The position numbers were made by a program, and so were the translations under genes. The notes below the pieces were generated by a model. It made no database searches. It was not told the origin of the DNA and was given only the letters and a program-made list of their open reading frames with translations. 64,000 nucleotides of DNA, from positions 41,145,769 through 41,209,768 of the forward strand of contig JAHRHZ010000021.1 in NCBI GenBank assembly GCA_024137785.1, given 5' to 3'. Source of the DNA: Ginglymostoma cirratum (Eukaryota). Below, piece by piece: positions 53,498-64,000 of the stretch (its first letter is position 1; each line of letters begins with the position of its first letter).

Positions 53498-55959
53498 AAA
53501 CAATTTTATTATGGTATCTGTTGTTATTAATTGGAAGTTAAACTGATGTACAAGAAATACACATAATCAATATGGAAATGGTGGTTAAAAGGAAGCAAAA
53601 AAATGCTAATGTATGTTAATAATTCTTGACATCATATTAAAGTCATTGTGGATGATTTGCAATGCATACCAATATTCACAATGTTACCACCAAACTCTTG
53701 TAGAGAAAGAAATTCAGACTGAACAAGTAACATTCGGCAGAACTGATAAACAACTGAAGCAATGAATGATGATGGAGGCAATGCTGCCAAAAACGTCATC
53801 CACAGCTAGACAATTGTCCTGTTCTTGTGGAATATATGACAGACAGAGACACAAAATTAGCACAAGGGGATCAACACTCATCTACACAGACTGGTTCACA
53901 GCACTTCACCTGGCGACATCGTCTTGATTTTCACTTCCAGGACAGGAGCAAGTGCACGGAGTGAGGAACTCACCTGGCTCAGTCAACTCTGCTCAAGGAT
54001 GAATAACCACAAATAGGGGACTGTTCATTCTGTTAGTCGTATGTGCCATAGTCCCTTATAGCTAGCATGCCAGCTCAATCCAAGCCCATCCATCCCAATG
54101 GTCCCTTTCAATTCCCTATGTTAATTTATTGCTAACTTATGCTCCCCAAACCTCCACCATCTGCCACCCTTCTTTGCTCTTCAACCCTCCACATAACTTA
54201 TATCCACAATAGGCAGGCTTCAGAAGCAATGCTGAGATGAAGCAAAATATAGTTCTAAATATCTATTACAGTCTTCACAATAAATAAAAAAACTCATTCT
54301 TGAATGCCGATTTGATACATTTAAATCCCAAACACTTAGCCCCTGACAAAAAGTAAACGTTTGCTTTCATTAGCAGCTAATTTTGTAGTAATCTCTTTGA
54401 GTTGTTGATGAAACAGTGAATTTACAGCACCACACCTCTATCCCACCACCACTACGATAATGATAGGGTGTGGAAGCAGGTAAGTAGTGAAAAAAACAAT
54501 GATCACACTTGGGTTTCTGTCAACAAACAGTTATTGAAGTTGCTAGAACAGATTTAACTCTCAGAATCAGGCAAACAATTTTTGGTTTTAATTTTTAAGG
54601 GAGTGGATATTTACATAATTTAGCTGATCCACAGTTTCACAGACTTTTTCCAGTCTTTGTGGTGTGGATGGTCATTGGTGATATTCAACATCTAATAGCC
54701 CTAATGCTAATGCTATAGCAGCATGGGTTCCAGTCCCACTATAACAACTGGTACAAATTTAAATTTAGTTATTTAATAAAACCTCTCATTGAAGCGAGTA
54801 TCAGTAAATTATTTGCAAGTTGTAAATCTCCTCAGGCACATAAAGGATTACCATTCCAAGAATTAAACATTTTAATGAGCTACGGTGAGTGGATTTTGCT
54901 TAATGTCTATTATCTGGAACGGCAGATATTCTCAGCTTCATGTGTTCTCTTTGTTTGAGTATCTTTCCTTCATGTAGCTCCAGCTCCACCTCCAATGGTT
55001 TCACTTTTGGGTCACAATCTTGATCTATTTCATACAAGCCTATGAAGCACATGATATTGAACAAGGCCTAATGTTTATATGTCACTTCACACTCACTTAT
55101 TGCTGTTCTTCTGCAGTCATGGTTCTAACTATTGCACCCATTTAGCATCTTGAAATTGGTAGATGTCAACATATGTTATGGTACTGATTGTTTTAACGTG
55201 ATCGTGGGCCGTAGTCTCTCTGGTAGCCATCTTCATAACCATGCTTTGCTTTTTTCCAAAAAGAATGCTTGCATGCTGAGTGAGTCAGTTTCTTGAAGTC
55301 TAAACACAGCACACCTCGTGTTGAATGTGTTTCCTTGTCTTTTGCGCAATGTCCTATGCGATTCTGTACACTGGCATTGATCTTTTGCCCAGCTCTTCTG
55401 CAAATATTTCTTCCTTAGCTCTGTTATTAAGTGTATATACTGTTCATAAAGGCTCTTGTGGCACAGTTGTGGTATCCCTAGTTCTAGTCCCACTTGCCGT
55501 GGAGGGGTGCCATTGGATGTTCGAACAGGATAATCAAAATACCTAAAGCGCTCAAAAATAATGTTACTAAAGGGTTCAAAATGGGTCTCCAAGGCCTTTA
55601 CAATTTTTGCAGTATGGCTTTTCTGTTCCTCAGCGAGGTCTCAGGTGTATTACAGCTAGTAGCTCTGTTCCCTCCTACACTGATAACAGAACTGCCCTCT
55701 TCTTTGTTTAGTGTTTCTGATTCACTCTATGGCTATCTCACAATTTTGCCATTGAGACTGGAAGAAGTTCCTATTCTATCTCAAATTGCCTTTTACCTCC
55801 GTAGTTGCAGGGAATGGAAAATTTGCAGTTTTGTTGCCTCACTGAGCGGTACAAAGATACAGACTGATTTTTAAAAATTGTCTCCTTCAGTGTCTTACAG
55901 AAACTGGCTCTTACAACCAGAGCAATAACCCAATTTCAACTGCACATTTCTGACACCAT

Positions 55960-56951
55960 GGGCAGAATTTTCTCATCCATTGTGTGGTGTAAATAATGGC
56001 GAGGAAGGTGAGAAAATATGGGAAAAATGAAAAGAAATCAGAATCTTGATGTCAAAGACAATTTTTGCAATTTTCCCCTCAAGCCGGGTAATTTCAGAAA
56101 GTCACTATTGAGTGGCAGTTCTGGGACTTGCATTGCTTTTTAATGGAGAGCGTGATGCAGGCAGCTAGTCACAGTGGGGAATATTGAACAGTCAAAGTGA
56201 TGGGCACGTCACTGTTTGGCATTAATGTTATACCTACAACATCTGCCAGCAGCTTACGCAGCAAACACACTACATGCCCTGTCAGCAAATAGCCATGTGT
56301 GGAAGTCAGTAGGGAGTAGTCCTTAGTGGGGTATAGAGGAAGTACAGTTAGTCAGAAAATATCACTACAGACAGTGAAGGGACGCATTTTATTCTAGTCC
56401 AGGCATTTGGTCACAGTCAGTCAGGAGTCCAGTCCTCTCAGGGCCTTGAGACCGACATCCTTGCATTATGGGGATTAGAGTTAAAGTAAGTTTGAGTATG
56501 AGGCAGCAAAGACCCTTGTGGATCATAGAAGATCATGGACCTTATCCTGCACTGATGGGTGTCCCATTTCACACAACAATGACTCAGGCTGCAGTATGTG
56601 TCCAATATGGCTTGATCAGATGGTGTGGCCTCCTGTGGTTGTGTGCAGGCTAAAATATTACTCTCCTCTCCAACACCCCAGCCACCAACACCTTCAGGTT
56701 GAGTTTTCCTATCCTCTGGGCCATATCTTTGGTGATAGCAGTCAGGCACCACAGTGTGAAGGATCTTTCCTGGTTTGCAGCAACTGAAGCGGCGTATAGG
56801 TGGGTGTCAAGCATGGCACCACCCTCAGGAATGCCAGAAGCTCTTGGCAGTGGTGAGCATTTCCATCTATCTGGCTGTGTGATTCTCCAAGAGAGCGCTG
56901 TGTTGTGTAATTAGTGAGATGAAGAGTGAACAATTGTGAGAAAATCCACCC
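55960..56951. mobile_element. Old TIR DNA element, tentative
   Basis: GGGCAGAATTTTCTCA ... TGAGAAAATCCACCC imperfect TIRs. Confidence 0.45.
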
Positions 56952-58870
56952 TGGGCCTTGGCAGACTGGCTGCCATGAATCTCACTCAACAAAACATTTT
57001 AACTGAAAATATAAAGATATTCCACATGCTGGCTTTTAATGGCTTCTGTGTCTAAACAGAAAATAATTAACACGGGTAACATGACTATGGCAAGTAACTC
57101 CATACAGATGCATTCCTCCAAATATATTCTGTTCTAATGCTGTTGTTGTAGATTTAAAGTCTTACATGACGATAAAATGTTTATGCCAGGATCACAACAG
57201 CTGCAGCTGGAAAATTCCTGTGAGGGGGAGTGGAGAGGGAGGTGAGAAATGTGGGATTGAGTTGGAGAGGCTGGGAAGCTTCGATTCTTCATTGGATCAG
57301 AGTGGGACGTTACTTGTAATGGACAGGAGGTCCAGAGACTGTCCCATCATTGTGATTGGTCGGGAGCACTGTAATCCCAGCAGGTGAGAAGGTGCCACAT
57401 TGGCAACCTGTTACATTCTGCTTCTGTCTTTAAATACACAGTAAAAGTCACTACCATATTTGACAATCTCTAGAATTCTCTCACGAGTCAATAACAACAC
57501 TTGAAAACCACCCACTGAATGCAGTTTACCTCCAGATTGGTGCGATAATTATCTTTGCTTGATGAAGCAAGCATTGGGTTTTGGGAAATTGGTTGTTCCT
57601 TCCTCTTCCAGTACAGATTCCCCATTTAAAAAATAACAAAGCTCTGCAGTGAATTGGCCCATGTTGCAATTTTCTCTAATCAGAGACTGTCATTATTAAT
57701 AATAAAGTTCAAAAGCATTTGTTTATACTGTAATCTCATTGTAAAGTGTATGAAAAGTAGTGAGGTGTTTTGACCTGGAGACAGACAGCTGAACTAAAGC
57801 AGTCTTTCTACCTCTGTATTCACAATGCAACAATAATTAAAGCGAAGACCCCTAGTAGTCACTCCAATGGTTCCTAAACAGACATTTGAATAACCAACCC
57901 TGACTTTACAATTAATTATTTTTCACTCACCGGTTTTTTATCTTAAACGAAAGACTTAACAATTTATTAATTACACAATATCTTTAGCCAAGAGTACATT
58001 AAGCAACACAATAAGTTGATTAACGTCTATGGTACAAACCAGAAACATTTGTTTTCAGCCCCATTCATACAAAAGCCAGGCAAGACAAACACAGTTAAAT
58101 GATAGATAAAAGAAACTAGCAAAACTCTCCAGATTACTTAAATGGCTTTCATGATGTGCTATTTCAGAGTGTAAATGTAACTCTTTCGCTGCTTTTCTGA
58201 AACATTGATAAGGGTTCTGAGTTCATCCATGCAGAGGCAGCAATACTTCGAACACAACTTTCTATTCTTTGGGCTTCCAGAAGATCGATTAGCAGATTAG
58301 GCAGGGAGTTTTCAAATCTTCTTGCTGTCTTAGTGAAATCCCAGAACCATCTCTCAGGAAACAAATAGACTGATCGACACTCCCAGAATTCTAGTTCACC
58401 ATTCAACATCTGCCATCTGCTTGAATGTAGATTCTCTTCCAGACTTCTCAGAACCAACTCACAGGTACAGATCTTGTTAATAGCCAACTTTCGCTATCTC
58501 TTTAAACACAATGATCTTCCTGGGGGAATCACTGTATTGCTTAAACCCCTTTAAATTATGGCTCAGCCTGCAATTAGCCTCCAGGCCGTAGCCTCATAAA
58601 CAAAGTTTTTGTTCTTTTCCTTTTCATACAGGCCATTTGCTAAAGTCCACCAGTCACTTCCAGCACATAATTCAAAATTGATAAAAGAATAAAAGTAATG
58701 AAAAATCAGTGAAGGTTCTAAGAGAGGAAAGACCATCAACACTTGTTTCATCCCATTGACAATGAAATCCCATACCCTGTTTATCTGTCACTCGGCTGCA
58801 AGCAGGCGCTTGTGACATGTATCATGAGGAGTGATAGCAAATGTGCCACATCCATCACCTACATGCCTTT

Positions 58871-59010
58871 ATGGTCAAACAAAGAACAGCAGCTGCTGGA
58901 GATCTAAAACAGAAAACAGAAATTTATGGAGAAACTCAGCAGTTTTGGCAGCAACTCCAGAGAGAAAGCAGAGTTAACGTTTCGAGTCCGGTGTCTCCCC
59001 ATCAGAACTC
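58871..59010 (-). mobile_element. Penelope-like 3'-end fragment (family B) with degenerate hammerhead (58971-59010)
   Basis: Minus strand reads GAGUU-CUGAUGG...CUC-GAAA-CGUU-AACUC (perfect 5-bp stem I). TSD-like CTACATGCCTTT / CTATATGCCTCT. Confidence 0.75.
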
Positions 59011-59212
59011 CTATATGCCTCTGCTGGGATTTTACCAGCAGCGGGAAGTGTCAGGTAACTCACACATTCCATCCTTGAGCCAACTGAGCTTGTAAAGTGG
59101 TTGATTTATTGCCAGCCCCCATGACATGGGGTAGGGGGTTACCCACACCACGTTGTGAAGTCATCAAGTGAGATCTTGCAGTCTTGTTGCCAGATAATGG
59201 GTAGTGCGATGC

Positions 59213-59549
59213 GAGGCAATGGCCTTGTGGTATTATCACTGGACTGTTAATCCAGAGCCCCAGGTAATAACTCGGGTTCGAATCCCACCATGGCAGATGG
59301 TGGAATTTGAATTCGATAAAATATCTGGAATTAAGAATATCATGAATCCATTGTCGATTGTCGGGAAAAACCCATCTAGTTCACTAATGCCCTTTAGGGA
59401 AGAAACTGCCATCCTTACCTGGTCTGGCCTACATGTGACTCCAGACCCACAGCAATGTGGCTGACTCTCAACTGCCCTCTGGGCAATTAGGGATGGGCAA
59501 TAAATGCTGCCTAGCCAGCGACACCCTAAACCCGTTAATGAATAAAGAA
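59213..59549 (+). mobile_element. tRNA-headed SINE, short variant
   Basis: A-box-like TGGCCTTGTGG, B-box GGTTCGAATCC, and tail GGGCAATTAGGGATGGGCAATAAATGCTG. Confidence 0.85.
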
Positions 59550-60232
59550 AGAATAAGTGCAGTATTAGCTGTCTCCTTGAGGACTCCCTCTCAAAGTACC
59601 CCACTTACTCTTTGCATTTCCTTCAGTCCTGGCATCTTGTACCCAGTCCCCAAGACACCTCACCAGGACCTGCTAGCAAGGCACCTGATGAAACCTCCAA
59701 GTGACCTCTCTGCCCAACACCATGGCTCCATGATGTGCTGGCACTGACTGCAGTCCAAACAGTGGCCACCATTCCCAGTGGGTCTGCTATGGACAAGAGA
59801 GCTACTGATCACCTCAGATGGGTTTGGCATCTCTCCTGGGACAGGCAAAAACACATTGTGTTTTCTATTCATTCATGGGACATGGGTATTGCTGAATGGT
59901 TCAAGATTTGTTGCCCACCCCTCGTTTTGTCCTGGATGGTGTCAAGCTTCTTGAGTGTTGCTGGGACTACATCATCCAGACAATGGGGAGCATTCCATTA
60001 AACATGGAAAACCTTTAACCAATTCTGGATAGTATTCTGGGAGACCCCTTGGTGTCTCACTAGGACAGGCAATTAAATCAAAGGAGATTACAGTTTGCTC
60101 TTTACTCGTCACATTCACAACTAAATAATATCTCACTTCCTATTGCTCAGCCTTTTCTCTGGAGCCAGTCTTGTTCTCTTTCAGAGGACTAAATATCACA
60201 CGTTCTTTTTTCTGAAGATATTCTTCCCGATG

Positions 60233-60770
60233 TAGAGTCATAGAGTCATACAGCATGGAAACAGACCCTTTGGTCCAACCAGTCCATGTCAACCATTGTC
60301 ACAAACTAAATTAGTCCCACTTGCCTGCAAACCATATCCCTCCAAACCTTTCTTAGTTATGTCATATTTAAATGTTGTAATGGTACCCGCATCCACCACT
60401 TCCTCTAGAAGTTCATTCCACTCATGAACCACCCGCTATGTAAAAAATTTGCCCCTTACGTCTTTTTTAAATCTTTCTCCTCTCACCTTAAAAATATACC
60501 CCTATCTTGAAATCCCCCAACCGAGGGAAAAGACATTATCCCTCAGGATTTTATAAATGTCTGTAAGGTCACCCCTCAAAGCCCTAGTGAAAAAGGCCCC
60601 ACCCTACCCAGCCTCTATCATACCCAGTGACATCCTGGTAAATTGCTTCTGAACCCTCTCCAGCTTAACAATATCCTTCCTGTAACAGGGAGACCAGAAC
60701 AGGACACAGTATTCTGGAAGAGGTAGAGGTGTCCTGTATAATCTCAACATAATGTTCCAACTCCAACTCA
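60233..60770 (-). mobile_element. CR1 LINE 3' fragment
   Basis: (TAGAGTCA)n tail and 3' UTR homologous to 10866 and 10960. Confidence 0.85.
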
Positions 60771-60834
60771 CAACATGCTGGATTCGCTATTGTGCTGGAT
60801 GCACTAACACATTGGATCCATTTCCACACATGAA

Positions 60835-61140
60835 CATGTTCATGAAATAGGAGCAGAAGTAGGCCATTCAGCCCTTTGAGCTTGTTCTGCCATTTAATAA
60901 GGTCACGGCTAATTTGGTTGTGTTTTTAATTCCACCTTGCCATCTATCCCAATAACCTTTGATTCTGTTGCCTACCAAGAATACGTCCGCCTCCACCTGA
61001 AAAATATTCAATGACCATTGCCTACCGCATCCTGAAGCAGAGAGATGTGAAGTTGCACAACCCTCTAGGAAGAAAACATTCTCCTCATTTCTGCTGTAAA
61101 AGGGTAACCAATAATATTAAAACAGCATCCCTTAGTTCAG
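60835..61140 (-). mobile_element. CR1 LINE 3' fragment (family as at 28131)
   Basis: AATAGGAGCAGAAGTAGGCCATTCAGCCC tail. Confidence 0.75.
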
Positions 61141-61147
61141 TACTCAC

Positions 61148-61216
61148 CCACATCCCCAGCATTGGGGCACTGACCACCCTCGATCAGCTACAATGGGCTG
61201 GGCAGGTCGTCCGTAT
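61148..61216 (+). mobile_element. RTE-clade LINE fragment
   Basis: IPSIGALTTLDQLQWAGQVVR resembles the RTE C-terminal motif QLRWAGHVVRM. Confidence 0.6.
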
Positions 61217-61848
61217 CTACCTGACTTGTTTTTATGTCCTATCTAAGCAGGCCCCCTTCACAAATGAATCATATACAATCGTCGCTATTGTTTCGGTACT
61301 CCACTACAAATAAATTAGGTATCATTTTGTCATCCAGCCCTTAGGTAGAAGTAAATTTAAAGAATCATAGCAGGTGATGTTTAATGGTGGATAAAATTCT
61401 TATTTTCAAATTATTTTCCATTTCACTAGTGCTATGCTGCCCACGGTGGATGCTTCAGTTTTGCAACCACCCCACAAATTCCAAAGAACCCAGGCAGTGT
61501 TTAATAACTCAGGAAGCCTGACTGGACAGGAACATCATTTATTGTTGAATACAAGGTAGAGCTACTGCTGTGTTGCACATAGGCTAGTCCCAGCTTAGTA
61601 CAGACAGATCTGCAAACTCGTCCCTGGGTCTGCTTTATAAGTGGCTCAGGTGATGAGTTCTTGTTGGGCAAGCCTTTGTCTGCTACCAAGAGATTTCATT
61701 CAACAAGCTCCAGAAAGAGACTACTAATTCCCCATAGGCCTTTGAGGGGGTTATCACTTAGTACATCCAGGAAACACACATGAAGTGTTTCCTGGAGGAA
61801 GAGGATGACAAGGTCTGGACAGAGATCAAACTGGTGATGTACAACAGT

Positions 61849-62140
61849 GCAGCATGGTGGCTTAGTCGTCAGCATTGCGGCTTCACAGCACCAGGGACCC
61901 AGGTTCAATTCTAGCCTTGGGCAAGGGTCTGTATGGAGATTGCACGTTTTCCCAGTGTCTGCATGGGTTTCCACCAGGCGCTTTGGTTTCCTCCCATACG
62001 CCAAAGATGAGTAGGCTATGGGATTGGCCATGGGAAACACAGGGTTATAGGGATAGGGTGGGTCTAGGCGGGATGCTCTTCAGAGGGTTGGAGTGGATTC
62101 GATGGGCCAAATGGCCTGCTTCCATACTGTAGGGAGTTTA
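61849..62140 (+). mobile_element. V-SINE (HE1-like), internally deleted
   Basis: CACAGCACCAGGGACCCAGGTTCAATTC head and GATGGGCCAAATGGCCTGCTTCCATACTGTAGGGA tail. Confidence 0.85.
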
Positions 62141-62516
62141 ACAGGAAGCATATACTATGCTTCGACCAGGATCCCAACTTCAAAATCTCCAGAGTTAAAC
62201 ATAGTGCTTTCACTTGGGAAGATGTCCATTATATATGCTATTTGCTTCTCCCATTTGCATAACAAGAAATGCTGGGATCCCCGGTGCCTCCATCTTTAAA
62301 AGGCCATTCTCTAGTTTGTAAAGGGCTGTCAGACCAGAGCTGACTGGCTTAGTTGTGACATGTGCCCCAGACATGGCAGGGAGGAGGAGATCAGTGCTAC
62401 TGTTTGTGAACAGGGACCTAGAGGTCTTGGTATTGCAGAGGAGGGCCATTTCCACCCCCCCCCCCCCCCACCAACTGGTAGAGGAGGCCACAGCACTAGA
62501 CCTTGCCAGCCTGGTC

Positions 62517-62643
62517 TGAAGTTCTGAGGAAGGGTCACTGGACTCGAAAAGTTAATTCTGAATTCTCTCCATGGATGCTGCCAGACCTGCTGAGCTTTTC
62601 TGGCAATTTCTGTTTTCCAGCATCTGCAGTTCTTCCGGCTTTT
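62517..62643 (+). mobile_element. Penelope-like 3'-end fragment (family B) with hammerhead core (62520-62557)
   Basis: AGUU-CUGAGGA-A-GGGUC ACUG GACUC-GAAA-AGUU-AAUU. Downstream sequence matches the 26344 arms. Confidence 0.75.
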
Positions 62644-62699
62644 AATCTTGTGAATGTATTTCCGTCATGCCACTAACACTAGAGTCTGATTAGCGGCAA

Positions 62700-63999
62700 A
62701 CCAAATTGGATGTATCTGGTCCAGCAAACCCCGAGAAGTGATTGTCAGCAATGCTTAGAAGCTGAGAGAGACAGCTGTCTCCAATCTGCTGTACCACAGG
62801 TTTAAGGGAACAATGTGACTATCTTGCCAGAAGCTAAGCCTGTATTTAGGGCCTCTGTGGTGCAGAGCTGCCTGTGGTGCCACAAAGACATTTACTGTAG
62901 TGCTGCAGCTGGTGATGAGAGATTCCACTAAGGCTTGCCATCTGTGAATCATTCTGGCAGACAATCTCCAATCCCTGCATGTATGCGTCATTCCATTGAG
63001 AGCTTTATCCTGTAGCAATTTAGCCAAGAGCCAATGACCTCGATATTCTTGTTGAAAATGCCAGACCTCTCAATTTCTACCTTTCCCATGTGCCCAGCAT
63101 TCCTGTGCACTCCTCCCTGATGCATGCTGATGGATGGGTTTGGTTGATGTTTGACAAGAAGTTGGTGAATTATGGCATGTGCCAGATACATTTCAGTCCA
63201 GTACCAACTTGGCTGCAGGACTTGAAGCTGATAACATTTCCACAAATTGCTGCCCTGTTCTTCTCAGTGGTAAGGGTCAAATGGCTGGAAGGTGCCAAGG
63301 TTAGTTTGATGACTTACCATCCCATTGATACCTACTGCAACCATTACGTGCTGCTGGTGATGGGGCAACAGTGCAGTAGACTGCTTTAACTTGGAAACTT
63401 CTGAGCTCCTTGAGTGTGATTACACAATCTTCACAAAGCAAGTGGAATGATTATAGTTGATAGTGGAAAGGAATGAGGGGTCAGGAGCGTAGGGACTTGC
63501 TACAATGAACCTGGCCTGTGCCTTGCCCTTGTACGCATAGAAATAGCTTGCTTAGTTAAGCTTCTGGATGTGATGCTGTTGAAGGTCGGGTTAAATTAGT
63601 TAGCTCTTCTCTTTCTGTATTATTAGACACATAACGTGACATTAACATTATCTTCTGCTTGTCAGCCAAAATTTGGACAATCTCCTCTGCAATAAACTGC
63701 TCCTTTGTTGACTTTGGCAGGAATGGAATTGAATGCTTCAGAGACAGTAGGAACTGCAGATGCTGGAGAATCTGAGATAACAAGGTGTAGAGCTGGATGA
63801 ACACAGCAGGCCCAACAACATCAGAGGAGCAGGAAAGCTGACGTTTCAGGCCTAGACCCTTCTTCAGGGGAAACTGTAGATAGTTGGGCCAAGGGCAATA
63901 TCCCATCAAATTCCTACAACAATGTCCTGGGGCTGTAATGATAGACCTCTGATAACCATGACCATCTTTCTTGTCAGATGTCAGCCCATCTACTGGCAC
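62700..63999 (-). mobile_element. Very degenerate CR1-group LINE body
   Basis: Patchy antisense similarity to 17465-18830 (TGTGCCAGATACATTTCAGTCCAG; GATAGTGGAAAGGAATGAGGGGTCAGGAG). Confidence 0.45.
63741..63867 (-). mobile_element. Solo Penelope-like 3' end (family A) with hammerhead-like core
   Basis: Near-identical to 45054-45180. Minus strand begins CUGAAGA-A-GGGU CUAG GCCU-GAAA-CGUC. Confidence 0.9.
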
Positions 64000-64000
64000 T

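Noticed and set aside
59213-59290. tRNA gene (A/B boxes present; likewise at 7360 and 61850)
   Set aside because: These are SINE heads that continue into repeat bodies, with no complete cloverleaf or terminator.

Overview
Repeat-rich, non-coding stretch of a vertebrate genome. The retroposon content (V-SINE/HE1-type SINEs, DeuSINE-type SINEs, many CR1 LINE fragments) points to a cartilaginous fish, probably a shark; this is an inference from recognised repeat families. I found no intact host protein-coding gene. Every interpretable ORF derives from retroelements: CR1 APE endonuclease/RT, a small RTE fragment, and a Penelope-like RT plus GIY-YIG endonuclease. There are two 400-N assembly gaps. 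The most notable structure is a set of Penelope-like element (PLE) insertions from about four sequence families. Many are inverted (fold-back) with one long and one short arm, are flanked by 11-15 bp target-site duplications, and carry minimal type-I hammerhead ribozyme cores (CUGANGA-stemII-GAAA-palindromic loop 3). The best-preserved core is at 35448-35491, in a 172-bp hairpin insertion whose inverted arm starts at the predicted self-cleavage site. Also noted are a nested series of tRNA-headed SINEs that look like internal deletions of a CR1-like LINE, and a TE-poor, CpG-retaining region at about 13.7-15.2 kb that may be a promoter or first exon. Boundaries of degenerate repeats are approximate (read by eye).
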